From Bdellovibrionia bacterium (lineage in GTDB: Bacteria > Bdellovibrionota > UBA1018): a stretch of 64,000 nt of DNA. The notes under the pieces were generated by a model. That model had not been told where the DNA came from. It searched no databases and saw only the letters and a program-made list of their open reading frames with translations. The stretch covers positions 1 through 64,000 of the forward strand of contig JBJMMA010000060.1 of the NCBI GenBank assembly GCA_045805065.1, read 5' to 3'. The stretch's first letter is position 1. Every line of letters starts with the position of its first letter. The translations under genes and the position numbers were made by a program. Of this stretch, positions 28,243-37,563 are shown piece by piece.

Positions 28243-30693
28243 GTGCTGAGAAAAACAAGATTTTTAAATCTATTTTTTAACGCGTGGATTCTAGTTTTCG
28301 CTTCTTTCATTTCCTTTCCAGCTTTTTGCGATGTCTCTCATCTAGGGTACGACGAGTATAAGGCATTGGCTCAGGAACTCGCCCCAAAGGTGAATCTGTT
28401 TCGTGACGCTTGGGCGACGGATCCCAATACGGAGTTCTTTGGGGGTACGGTCCGAGACTATCTCTACTGGCTTAAAGGGCGTTTTAGAAATGCCTCCAGT
28501 TCGGAGGAGGCCCATAAAATCGCTGAGTCCCTTCGTTCTCTACCTATGATTGATATCCGGGATTTCGTGATTGGAGAGTCGGATATCGACGCTGTCAGCC
28601 GAACCGCATTGCCTCTGGATCCCGCTCGGTACGGGGTTAAGAAGATCGATTTTATCGACAAAGAGCGTTTCAATCCTTCAACCGAGCTCGGTGCTTCGGA
28701 GATCCGGCAAGGATTCATTCCCGTGGAGAAAATCCGCCTTGGGAAAAGCGGGTTTGTTCGTTGGGATAATTTTGGCGACGGCATTCGAGAGATTTATGTT
28801 GGCCGGCCCACGGTTCACATGCCGGATCCCGAGGCATTTAAGACTACGTTTTATGCGCGAAAGAAGGCCAACCACCCATTACTCCTCGCCATCCGATATC
28901 TCAGGACGCTTGGGATTAACTATTTTAACGAGAACGGCTCGGAATATCCCAATTTTTCGAAGCTGATGAGCATCGATCCAGAGTCTGAGCGGACCGTGAA
29001 AGAAGCCATCGCGAGGACGATCAAGACCAGGGATCTGGGCGAGTATTTAAAAAATGGACTTTTTCAGCAGCGGTTCAATGAAACGACGCAAAAGGCCTTT
29101 CGCTCCTATACGAATCCCACAGCGACTCATATGCTCTTTAAAGAATTCGGCATGGATCGAATCATTGGTGAGTACTCGGATAAGCTTGATCCTGTGAATC
29201 AGTACCTTTTTGCGCGAGCTCCGAAAGATCCTGCGCGGATGAGAGAGCAGCTCCAAGAGCTCGGAACGACCTCTGAGACCTTGTTTTCAAAGCCATCTCG
29301 AGAGTTTTCCGATCTCAACCTCTATCACGGCACTGAAACCGAGGAAGCTTTCCGCGCGATTCTTTCTCAAGGGATATTGCCATCGACGGCGGGCGCAGCC
29401 GGAAAAGGGCTTTATGCCGTCGATCAAACCAATCTCTCTTTCGCGGCTCAATGGGGCAGGAGTCCCGATCGTGTTGTGCGATTCCAGGTCAGTCCGGATG
29501 CGCGGGTCATCGACACTACCGCCGGCGAGGGTGCAAGGCTTTTGGCAAAGTTTCATGGCGATTTTGACGCTCTGGCCGATGCAACCGGAGCGGACATTCT
29601 GAGGTATCCGTACAGCGTGCGGGCCTATGTCGTAAAAAACAGCGCTGTTCTGGGAAAGCCTTCAGGCCATCTGCGGGAGTTCCTCAGCTATGGGCGATTA
29701 TTGGATCGTGCAAAAGAAGCTGACACAATCGATTCGTCTCTAAACGTAATGAAGAATGCGCAGGTCAGTCATTTCAATCGTGATGAGATATCGCGAATCA
29801 TTGATGAGATTCCGTATTTCAAAAAGCCAGAAAACGCCAAATTGCTGAGCCTTGCGCGCGGTTTGGCTTCTCCCGGATTATCGAACGACGTGATGCTATC
29901 GAGTTTTCGTAGTGCAATCGCATTAACGGCGTTGGCAAAGGATGCTACCAAACAAGTAGCCCTGGAAAAGACGATGGACGGAGCAACGACTGCGATCAAT
30001 GATCTTGTTCGGGTTCTCTCACAGGATCAGCGGCTGACGGACGCGCAAAAGAACGATCTTCTCAAACGATTGGCGGATGCTGTCTTCGATTCGGCCAATC
30101 CCAAGGGAAACCAAGCGGTTCGATCCGCGCTTGTTACACAGATCGTCCGGACGCCCTCTGACTTTGGACAAAGAGTGCGGGTGTATCTGAACAACCCCCT
30201 TCGCAAGATGGTGGCTGGACTGGGCGCTGGGATGGCAACGACATGGGTGCCGCTTGGTCTTCTCTATCATGATTCAAGCTTGATTACGCATACGGGAATC
30301 GGATTGGGTGCGGTCTGGTCCATGTTGTTTGGCGCAACGCTCAAAGATGCAAACGCGGAATACCGCCAAATTTTTGGAGGTAATGACCGTGAACTCCGGA
30401 AAAATCAAGTGCGCGCGATCAAGTCCCTGAAGCAGTATTTTGAGTCGCTGGAGCAAGGAAAATCCTTTTCATTGTCGCCTTATCAAACAGTGGGGCAGAG
30501 TAAGTTTTCACCTGCGTCAGGGGCAAGTTGCATCTCTCGCAATCTCCGAAAGTTATGGTCGTATGACCAGAATATCGCCATGCTGGCGTTCGGCGCGGCC
30601 GGATACGCGGGTTATCATGGGGTAGATGCATTGATCGAATTTATGTCCCAAAAGGTATCACCCAGCCCCGCACCTCAAAAAAAGGCAAATTGA
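28243..30693 (+). CDS. Secreted multidomain protein: nucleotidyltransferase-like domain, ADP-ribosyltransferase (PARP-like) domain and hydrophobic C-terminal helices
   Basis: Likely start GTG 28243 after GGGGG; signal peptide; FFGGTVRDYL...SDID (Pol-beta NTase signature); LYHGT...IL..GI.P...G.GLY (ART H-Y motif). Confidence 0.7.
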   Translation: MLRKTRFLNLFFNAWILVFASFISFPAFCDVSHLGYDEYKALAQELAPKVNLFRDAWATDPNTEFFGGTVRDYLYWLKGRFRNASSSEEAHKIAESLRSLPMIDIRDFVIGESDIDAVSRTALPLDPARYGVKKIDFIDKERFNPSTELGASEIRQGFIPVEKIRLGKSGFVRWDNFGDGIREIYVGRPTVHMPDPEAFKTTFYARKKANHPLLLAIRYLRTLGINYFNENGSEYPNFSKLMSIDPESERTVKEAIARTIKTRDLGEYLKNGLFQQRFNETTQKAFRSYTNPTATHMLFKEFGMDRIIGEYSDKLDPVNQYLFARAPKDPARMREQLQELGTTSETLFSKPSREFSDLNLYHGTETEEAFRAILSQGILPSTAGAAGKGLYAVDQTNLSFAAQWGRSPDRVVRFQVSPDARVIDTTAGEGARLLAKFHGDFDALADATGADILRYPYSVRAYVVKNSAVLGKPSGHLREFLSYGRLLDRAKEADTIDSSLNVMKNAQVSHFNRDEISRIIDEIPYFKKPENAKLLSLARGLASPGLSNDVMLSSFRSAIALTALAKDATKQVALEKTMDGATTAINDLVRVLSQDQRLTDAQKNDLLKRLADAVFDSANPKGNQAVRSALVTQIVRTPSDFGQRVRVYLNNPLRKMVAGLGAGMATTWVPLGLLYHDSSLITHTGIGLGAVWSMLFGATLKDANAEYRQIFGGNDRELRKNQVRAIKSLKQYFESLEQGKSFSLSPYQTVGQSKFSPASGASCISRNLRKLWSYDQNIAMLAFGAAGYAGYHGVDALIEFMSQKVSPSPAPQKKAN

Positions 30694-30715
30694 AATCGAT
30701 ACGGATCTCAGGCTT

Positions 30716-30743
30716 TCAAGTTTCTTCCGCAAATTGACGATAA
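30716..30743 (+). promoter_or_regulatory. sigma28-like promoter
   Basis: TCAAG-N15-GACGATAA, 7 nt before GTG 30751. Confidence 0.65.
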
Positions 30744-30750
30744 ATATGAC

Positions 30751-31677
30751 GTGAGAAATATTCGGTCGACATGCGCTTTTCTTCTGGCTGCGTGCCTAAG
30801 CTTTGCGACTTCGGCAGGAGCTGAGTCGGCGCATCACCAAGAGCCCATCATTGATGTCGTGTTTGATCTCGACGATACGCTCATTCGCTGGGTTCGCCCG
30901 GATGAGGCAAAATCGGGTACGCTGATTCCGGCGATGAGCCAGGGCAAACCTTATTTGTTTCGTGTCCTGGATGGTACGCCAGAAATTCTTGAATCTCTCT
31001 CTCGCCAGCCAGGAGTGCGGATCAGTTTTTTCAGCATGGGGGAGCGCTCCCGCAACGAGACAGTCCTTTCGCAGCTGAAGCTACCGAGTGGTCGGACGGC
31101 GCGCGAGATCGCTTACCGAGTTTTGTCCCTGGAGGATGCTACTCAGGTGAATGGAGAGTCTCACAAGGATCTCCGGCTGGTGAATCCTGATCTTGAACGA
31201 GTTCTGATCGTGGATGATCAGAAAAATGCACCCATACCCGGTCAGGAGAGAAACGTGCTTTGGTTGGGTGGCAAGCCTGAGCACTTTTACGAATCCTTGC
31301 ATGATACTCCTGGCTCGGGTGCAACTTGGAAACCCGCCAGTCCCGAAAAGTTCGTGGAATATCGGAATCGCCTGGCTTACGCACGTGGGCTAATCGACCG
31401 CGTTCTGACTGAATCGAAAAAGTCAGGGTCAATAGGCGTTGTTGAAGCTCTCGCGGCTCAGCAATGGTCTCGGGATTCTGCCGGGCTTCCTGTGTTTCGA
31501 TCCGGACTGCGATCGGATCTGTCACTTTATCGCAAGGGTGCTGCTGAGTTTCACGCCGTCAACTCCCGATATGGTTTTACTACCGCATATACCGGGCCAG
31601 AGCGCCGTGCCTGTCTTTCGGAGGCAATTTCTGAGTTTTTAAAAATCCCGTACGTTGAAAGGCGCGTAAAGCGGTAA
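30751..31677 (+). CDS. Secreted HAD-superfamily phosphatase, FCP1/NIF-like
   Basis: Signal peptide (AGA|E); VVFDLDDTLI, FFS, KDLRLV..DLERVLIVDD. Confidence 0.8.
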   Translation: MRNIRSTCAFLLAACLSFATSAGAESAHHQEPIIDVVFDLDDTLIRWVRPDEAKSGTLIPAMSQGKPYLFRVLDGTPEILESLSRQPGVRISFFSMGERSRNETVLSQLKLPSGRTAREIAYRVLSLEDATQVNGESHKDLRLVNPDLERVLIVDDQKNAPIPGQERNVLWLGGKPEHFYESLHDTPGSGATWKPASPEKFVEYRNRLAYARGLIDRVLTESKKSGSIGVVEALAAQQWSRDSAGLPVFRSGLRSDLSLYRKGAAEFHAVNSRYGFTTAYTGPERRACLSEAISEFLKIPYVERRVKR

Positions 31678-31706
31678 CGATTCAGGAAGCTGCTGTCACA
31701 TAGCCG

Positions 31707-31723
31707 CTGGCTTGGGATTTGCC
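31707..31723 (+). promoter_or_regulatory. sigma54-like -24/-12 promoter
   Basis: CTGGC-TTGGGAT-TTGCC with exact GG-N10-GC spacing, 12 nt before ATG 31735. Confidence 0.55.
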
Positions 31724-31734
31724 AGTTGAGTGGA

Positions 31735-33300
31735 ATGACTAGACTCCTTTTCTTACTGATTTTTATCGCTCAGAGCCAATCAGCTTTTGGGTCAGATTCC
31801 ATTAATGCGTTGCTCGCGCGATTTGACAGGGATCCACGTTCCATTTTGGATGAGCCGCCGCCGTACGTAGACGGAGGCACGCCAGAGAAGAAACGATTTT
31901 CTCAAAAAGCGATTGAAAGCGGTGAAGCCATCGCTGAGCGTAACCGCGAGCGCTCGCGGTTTTGCATGAATTGGAACGGCAAGCAAACTTGCCTGAGCGC
32001 TCGCGCTGGAACGAGAGCAGAGATTCAAGGCTCCGATCTTCCTGAGGCGCTGGTGGATCACGGTCCTTCCAATGGAGCGACAGGGATTGTTCGAGGACTT
32101 GAAGAGCTGGAGAAGCTCGGATTGATGCGAGCGAAGCTCTCAACGCAGCCTTGGTCGGATGACTACTGGGGGCATTATAAAGGGATTGTCGGAGCTCGCT
32201 ATGCTGACCCGGGATTTCCGGGCGCGCATCCTGATCTTGCTGCTGGTTTTAACTGGAAGGCCAATTATCAATATGTGCGTAATCATCCGGCTGAGCAAAT
32301 TGCTCGCAAAGGGACGGACGACGATGTGAAACTTCTTTCTCCCTCTGAAAAGTACGAGCTTCTGATTGGTGACAAAAACTTTTCGATCACCGAAAGGATG
32401 TGGCGGCGAGGTGAGAGATACTATGAGAGCGAAGGCAAGGTGGATCTCTGGATGGGAATCTGTCACGGATGGGCGCCTGCGGCTCTGATGCTTCCAAGAC
32501 CTTCAAACATGCTCCGACTCAAATCAGCAGATGGGACTCACGAAATTAAGTTCTATCCATCAGACCTAAAAGCGCTTGCCGATCTTCTTTGGGCAGAAGG
32601 TGAGTACGATAGCCGTTTTATTGGAGGGCGTTGTGATGAGTCTCACCCGCGCCAGGATGAGAATGGACGAATCATCAGGCAGGAGTGCTTTGATACAAAT
32701 CCGGGATCCTGGCATCTCGCGATCACAAATCAGCTGGGCATTGCTCATCGTGGACTGATCATGGATGCATCCTATGATGAAAGGATCTGGAATCAGCCTG
32801 TTCTGGGTTACACTTATCACTATTTCAATCCCAAGAGTATGAAACAAGTGGATTCATTTGCCGAGGCTCGGGTGTCGATGGATGCATTCGCTGGTGATAA
32901 ATTCAAACGCTATCGTTCGAAAAAAACGAAAAGCGTGGTGGGAGTCGTGATGGATACTACTTATGTGGCTGAAACGCATCCCTCGCATGCGCATGAGGAT
33001 TCAGCGGCAAAGGACCGTCTGCGCACGATTCGCTACATTTACGATCTCGAGCTGGATTCCAATGGGAGCATCATCGGAGGCGAGTGGTACATGAATCAGC
33101 ACCCGGATTTTCTCTGGGTACCTGCCCAGGGTACGCACGCCGTTTCGGATTACGAAAAGCTAGCGACAGGAACATGGGGTGCGAGCGGATTTTTGCCTGA
33201 CTCTTGGCTATCGGCTGCTCGTGAAGCTTCAGAAGATGGGCTTCCTTTGGCAAAAATAATCGAAGTAATGATCTCTAAATCAGCTTCCATGCCGCAATGA
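31735..33300 (+). CDS. Secreted transglutaminase-elicitor-like protein
   Basis: Signal peptide; PWS.DYW, LSPSEKY, WMGICHGWA, D.NPG.WH, IWNQPV, Y.YDLELD..G.IIGGEW, HPDFLW, as in the oomycete GP42-type TGase family. Confidence 0.8.
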   Translation: MTRLLFLLIFIAQSQSAFGSDSINALLARFDRDPRSILDEPPPYVDGGTPEKKRFSQKAIESGEAIAERNRERSRFCMNWNGKQTCLSARAGTRAEIQGSDLPEALVDHGPSNGATGIVRGLEELEKLGLMRAKLSTQPWSDDYWGHYKGIVGARYADPGFPGAHPDLAAGFNWKANYQYVRNHPAEQIARKGTDDDVKLLSPSEKYELLIGDKNFSITERMWRRGERYYESEGKVDLWMGICHGWAPAALMLPRPSNMLRLKSADGTHEIKFYPSDLKALADLLWAEGEYDSRFIGGRCDESHPRQDENGRIIRQECFDTNPGSWHLAITNQLGIAHRGLIMDASYDERIWNQPVLGYTYHYFNPKSMKQVDSFAEARVSMDAFAGDKFKRYRSKKTKSVVGVVMDTTYVAETHPSHAHEDSAAKDRLRTIRYIYDLELDSNGSIIGGEWYMNQHPDFLWVPAQGTHAVSDYEKLATGTWGASGFLPDSWLSAAREASEDGLPLAKIIEVMISKSASMPQ

Positions 33301-33562
33301 TTTTTCGCACTCAGGTGCAGCAGTTTCACTGTTTTTCCAGCTCCGCTGACCCCTTGTGTATGCGCGCTTCAATGAACGCTCCATGCAAATCTGTTGATCA
33401 GCCATGAGCGCTCATCGACAAGTTCGTGCGGACTTTTGATGCGTGCGTTTTCGTCGAGCGTTGAAGAAGATTCGCTCCGTGAACGACAATTCGCATCGTT
33501 CAATCCTTCTCGACAAAAGATCGAAACAAGCGTCTATTCGCACGAACAAGGGGGATTTTTAA

Positions 33563-34102
33563 ATGCGAAATATTGTTGGTTTAGTGGTTGTAGGATTGTT
33601 GACTTCGGTATCTTTTGCGAGCGCAGCTACTCAAACGGGTCCTGCTGCGGCTCCTACTCTGACTCCTGTGCCGTATGGCATTCGATACTTTTGTGAGTTC
33701 GAGGGTAGGGGCTTGAGTGAGCACGGCCATCAAGATCGTGATGTTCGCTGTAAGGTAGAGGGAATTCTGTCCGGCATTACCGTATCGGCTGAATCTGTTG
33801 CGACCCCGGTGATCCCAGGTGGTCCAATCGAAATCAAATGCTCCAATGGATACAAGCTTGAGTCAGAGTACACGGCAATCGCTGCTCAAGGCGGCAATCT
33901 TTGGATCAACGCTGAAAGGCATGATAGGCTTGCGACCATTCGGGTCGAGGACTTTTATGGTCCTGCTGCACAGAACGAAGGCAAGCGATTCAAAGCGGAC
34001 CTTCTTGCTGCAAATTCCGCTGTGATCCACGGTGAAGGAAAGTGCCGCTTTGAATATCCATCGGCTCCAGTTGCACCTCCTGCTCCATCGTTCGCGCAAT
34101 AA
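33563..34102 (+). CDS. Secreted hypothetical protein with 4 Cys
   Basis: AGGGGG RBS, signal peptide (ASA|A); weak sigma28-like motif TCAAT-N15-ATCGAAAC at 33500-33527. Confidence 0.7.
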   Translation: MRNIVGLVVVGLLTSVSFASAATQTGPAAAPTLTPVPYGIRYFCEFEGRGLSEHGHQDRDVRCKVEGILSGITVSAESVATPVIPGGPIEIKCSNGYKLESEYTAIAAQGGNLWINAERHDRLATIRVEDFYGPAAQNEGKRFKADLLAANSAVIHGEGKCRFEYPSAPVAPPAPSFAQ

Positions 34103-34136
34103 CGAATAAAACCCGGAAACTTAAACGGGGGCATAG

Positions 34137-34167
34137 CGGGGAATCAGAAATGATTCCCCGTTTTTTT
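34137..34167. terminator. Terminator between convergent genes
   Basis: CGGGGAATC-agaaat-GATTCCCCG-TTTTTTT. Confidence 0.8.
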
Positions 34168-35111
34168 TAGATTCGAATGACTTCGATTCCTTTGCCCTTC
34201 ACCTTTGGAAGCTCCTCAGGAAGGCATTGCTGGATCTCTCCGAACAGAGCATCCATGATCGGTTGCTTGTACTGAGTTCTTCGATACACGAGACTGACTT
34301 CGCGGCTAGGCACTGGGCTTGAGAAAGGCTTCACCAATCTTTTGGATGTGCGCTGCAGGGAGTGCGTGGCGAGATAGGGAAGAAGCGTGTAGCCATGACC
34401 TTGCTCAACGAGCTGGATCACCGTGCTCAGACTTCCGCTTTCAAATACGACGTTTGGAAATACGCCAGGCTTTCCGCGCAGCGAGCAGACTCTGACTACT
34501 TGATTGCGCAAGCAATGACCTTCGGCCAGAAGCCAGATGTCTTTGGCATCCAACTTGTCTTCGTTCACTGTGTCGAGCTTCAATAGAGGATGATTCTCAT
34601 TTACGAAAAGCAGGAACGGCTCGTAGAAGAGGGGCCTTTCAACCAGGCTTTCGATGTGAAGCGGCGTGGCTAAAATACCCGCATCAATCCGGTCCTCTTC
34701 CAAGGCAGCCATGATGTCTTCCGTCGTCTTTTCTTCGATGGATAGGGTGACGCGTGGATAACGCTTGGCGAAATCCCCGATGAAAAGCGGCAAGAGATAA
34801 GGCGCAATGGTAGGGATCAGGGCGAGCCGGAATTCACCACTGGGCTCGTCTTTACGGGTTTTGGCCAGATAATCCAGCTTTCCCATCTCACGCAAAATGG
34901 CTTTGGCTTGCTGGATAATGGCTTCGCCTTCTTGGGTCGGAAGAATGGGCTGCTTACTGCGATCAAAGAAAGTGATGCCGTACTCGTCCTCCAGCTTCTG
35001 CAGCTGCATGCTCAAAGTCGGTTGAGACACATGACAGGCCTTCGCGGCTTTGCCGAAATGTCTGAATCGATCAACCGCGACCAAGTATTCAAGTTGAGTC
35101 AAACTGGCCAT
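34167..35111 (-). CDS. oxyR: Hydrogen peroxide-inducible LysR regulator OxyR
   Basis: HFGKAAKACHVSQPTLS, IPTIAPYLLP, EGHCLRNQV...C; divergent from ahpC; AAGGAG RBS. Confidence 0.93.
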   Translation of the reverse strand: MASLTQLEYLVAVDRFRHFGKAAKACHVSQPTLSMQLQKLEDEYGITFFDRSKQPILPTQEGEAIIQQAKAILREMGKLDYLAKTRKDEPSGEFRLALIPTIAPYLLPLFIGDFAKRYPRVTLSIEEKTTEDIMAALEEDRIDAGILATPLHIESLVERPLFYEPFLLFVNENHPLLKLDTVNEDKLDAKDIWLLAEGHCLRNQVVRVCSLRGKPGVFPNVVFESGSLSTVIQLVEQGHGYTLLPYLATHSLQRTSKRLVKPFSSPVPSREVSLVYRRTQYKQPIMDALFGEIQQCLPEELPKVKGKGIEVIRI

Positions 35112-35131
35112 TTTACAGCTCCTTGTGGCCG

Positions 35132-35167
35132 ATAGATTAAATCTATTGGAAAATAAAAACAATCGAT
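35132..35167. promoter_or_regulatory. OxyR operator
   Basis: ATAG-N7-CTAT-N6-ATAA-N7-CGAT between oxyR and ahpC. Confidence 0.8.
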
Positions 35168-35225
35168 TTTACATTACCGGCTGATTACCCGATTATGGGT
35201 CTATAAGCGAATAGGAGAATTTAAA

Positions 35226-35792
35226 ATGAATACTCTGATTAATTCAAAAATCCCTGATTTCAAAGTTCAAGCCTTCCACAAAGGCGAGTTCAAGGAAATC
35301 ACCCAAGCTAACCTGAAGGGCAAGTGGTCTGTCTTTTTCTTCTACCCAGCCGACTTCACTTTTGTTTGCCCAACCGAGCTCGGCGACATGGCAGACAAGT
35401 ATGACGCTTTCCAGAAGATGGGCGTTGAAATTTACTCGGTCAGCACCGACACGCACTTCACCCACAAGGCATGGCACGATACTTCTGAAACCATCAAGAA
35501 GATCAACTTCCCAATGCTTGCTGATCCTACGGGATTCTTGTCCCGTGCTTTCGGCGTGCACATCGAAGAAGCAGGTCTCGCATATCGCGGAACCTTCGTT
35601 GTGAACCCAGAAGGCCAGATCAAGATCGCTGAAATCCACGACAACGGCATCGGCCGTAACGCTGACGAGCTCATTCGTAAGGTTCAAGCTGCACAATTCG
35701 TAGCTACGCATCCAAACGAAGTTTGCCCAGCTAAGTGGCGTCCAGGTGAGAAGACCTTGAAGCCAGGTCTCGATCTCGTCGGAAAGATTTAA
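35226..35792 (+). CDS. ahpC: Alkyl hydroperoxide reductase subunit C
   Basis: FYPADFTFVCPTEL, HFTHKAWH, GIGR, VCPAKW, LDLVGKI. Confidence 0.98.
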   Translation: MNTLINSKIPDFKVQAFHKGEFKEITQANLKGKWSVFFFYPADFTFVCPTELGDMADKYDAFQKMGVEIYSVSTDTHFTHKAWHDTSETIKKINFPMLADPTGFLSRAFGVHIEEAGLAYRGTFVVNPEGQIKIAEIHDNGIGRNADELIRKVQAAQFVATHPNEVCPAKWRPGEKTLKPGLDLVGKI

Positions 35793-35895
35793 GGCTTTTC
35801 GGGGCCCAAGGTTCTTGGGCCCCGTTTTTAACCCGTTTGTTTTTAACCATCAACCCTTAACCCGAGCTAATCAGGTACAAACTTTAGGAGCAAAT

Positions 35896-37443
35896 ATGTT
35901 GGATTCTGGAATGATTGAGCAACTCAAAGGTGCCTTCTCGAAGCTTGAGCAGACAGTGGTTTTGAAGGTGAAGCAATCGGCGCATCCGGATCAAGCAGAG
36001 CTGCTGGAACTGTTGAACGATCTTGCAAGTGCATCCGAGAAAGTACGCGTTGAGCAATCCGCGGAACTCTCCGAAGCTCCCAGCTTCCAAATTTTCCATC
36101 AAGGCAAGCCAAACGGAATTGCGTTCCGCGGTGTTCCTGGCGGCCATGAGTTCACGTCGCTCATCTTGTCGATTCTTTATAGCGACGGCAAAGGCAAGCA
36201 ACCTGACGAGGGCATCATCAAGCGCATCAAGGCGTTGAAGGGTCCTGTTCGTCTGAAGACTTTTATTTCTCTGACCTGTGAGAACTGCCCGGAAGTCATC
36301 CAGGCTCTGAACTTGATGGCCACTCATCATCCTGATTTTCAGCATGAGATGGTCGATGGAGGCGTGGCGCAAGATGAAGTCGATGCGCTCGGAATTCAAG
36401 GCGTGCCTGCAGTGATCTGGGACGGGAAGCTTCTCCATTCCGGAAAGATCCAGCTCATTGATCTTCTCGCAAAACTTGAAACTACCTTTGGCGCTCATCA
36501 GTTGAGTGCGCAAGAAGAGGATTTGGGCGAGTTTGACGTTGCCGTCATTGGCGGCGGCCCTGCCGGTGCATCCGCTGCGATTTACAGCGTTCGTAAAGGA
36601 TTGAAGACCGTGATGATCGCCGAGCGTTTTGGCGGTCAGCTCCAGGAAACAAAGGGAATTGAGAACATGATCTCGGTTCCATACACCGAGGGCGCCAAGC
36701 TTGCGGCGCAGCTCAGTCAGCATGTCTCGAGTTATCCAGTTCGCTTGCTCGAACATCGTCGTGTTCAGAAGATCACGGGTGACGATAAGATGAAGCGGAT
36801 TCAACTGGAAAGCGGCGAGCATCTGAACGCCAAAGCCGTGATCATTGCAACTGGCGCAAAATGGCGTGAACTTGGGATTCCAGGCGAGAAAGAGCATATC
36901 GGCCAAGGCGTTGCTTTCTGTGCGCACTGTGATGGTCCATTCTACAAAGGCAAGAAAGTAGCCGTTGTAGGCGGTGGTAACTCAGGCGTCGAGGCTGCGA
37001 TCGACCTTGCTGGCATCGCACGAGAAGTCATTCTCCTGGAATACGCTGGCCAGCTCAAAGCCGATGGTGTTTTGGTTGAGAAACTGAAATCCCTTCCAAA
37101 TGCCACGATCGTGACCCAAGCCAGGACTTCCCAAGTCATCGGTGATGGCAAGAAGGTGGTCGGTCTGGAGTACGTCGATCTTGAAACGGGCAATACCCAA
37201 AAGGTCGACCTCGATGGCGTCTTTGTTCAAATCGGACTTTTGCCAAACACCCAGTTTGTGAAAGGCCAGCTTGAACTGACGCGTTATGGTGAGATTGTAG
37301 TCGACTCCCATGGACGCACCTCTGTGAAGGGCATTTATGCAGCAGGGGACGTCACGACGATTCCTTTCAAACAGATCGTCACGGCCATGGGCGATGGCGC
37401 AAAGGTCGCGTTGACTGCTTTTGAAGATCGCTTGAGAGCATAA
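35896..37443 (+). CDS. ahpF: Alkyl hydroperoxide reductase subunit F
   Basis: GHEFTSL, SLTCENCP, GGGPAG, CAHCDGP, GGGNSG, FVQIGL.PNT; AGGAG RBS before ATG 35896. Confidence 0.96.
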   Translation: MLDSGMIEQLKGAFSKLEQTVVLKVKQSAHPDQAELLELLNDLASASEKVRVEQSAELSEAPSFQIFHQGKPNGIAFRGVPGGHEFTSLILSILYSDGKGKQPDEGIIKRIKALKGPVRLKTFISLTCENCPEVIQALNLMATHHPDFQHEMVDGGVAQDEVDALGIQGVPAVIWDGKLLHSGKIQLIDLLAKLETTFGAHQLSAQEEDLGEFDVAVIGGGPAGASAAIYSVRKGLKTVMIAERFGGQLQETKGIENMISVPYTEGAKLAAQLSQHVSSYPVRLLEHRRVQKITGDDKMKRIQLESGEHLNAKAVIIATGAKWRELGIPGEKEHIGQGVAFCAHCDGPFYKGKKVAVVGGGNSGVEAAIDLAGIAREVILLEYAGQLKADGVLVEKLKSLPNATIVTQARTSQVIGDGKKVVGLEYVDLETGNTQKVDLDGVFVQIGLLPNTQFVKGQLELTRYGEIVVDSHGRTSVKGIYAAGDVTTIPFKQIVTAMGDGAKVALTAFEDRLRA

Positions 37444-37563
37444 AGTTCGCGGAGTCGGCATTTTGACGCGGTAGCTCATTGAAATCTCGGACCGGCTCCG
37501 CCGTTCCTGGTCATGTTTCCGACGTTTGTGTTTTGATTTCAACAGAGTTAAACTGCTGTACAA

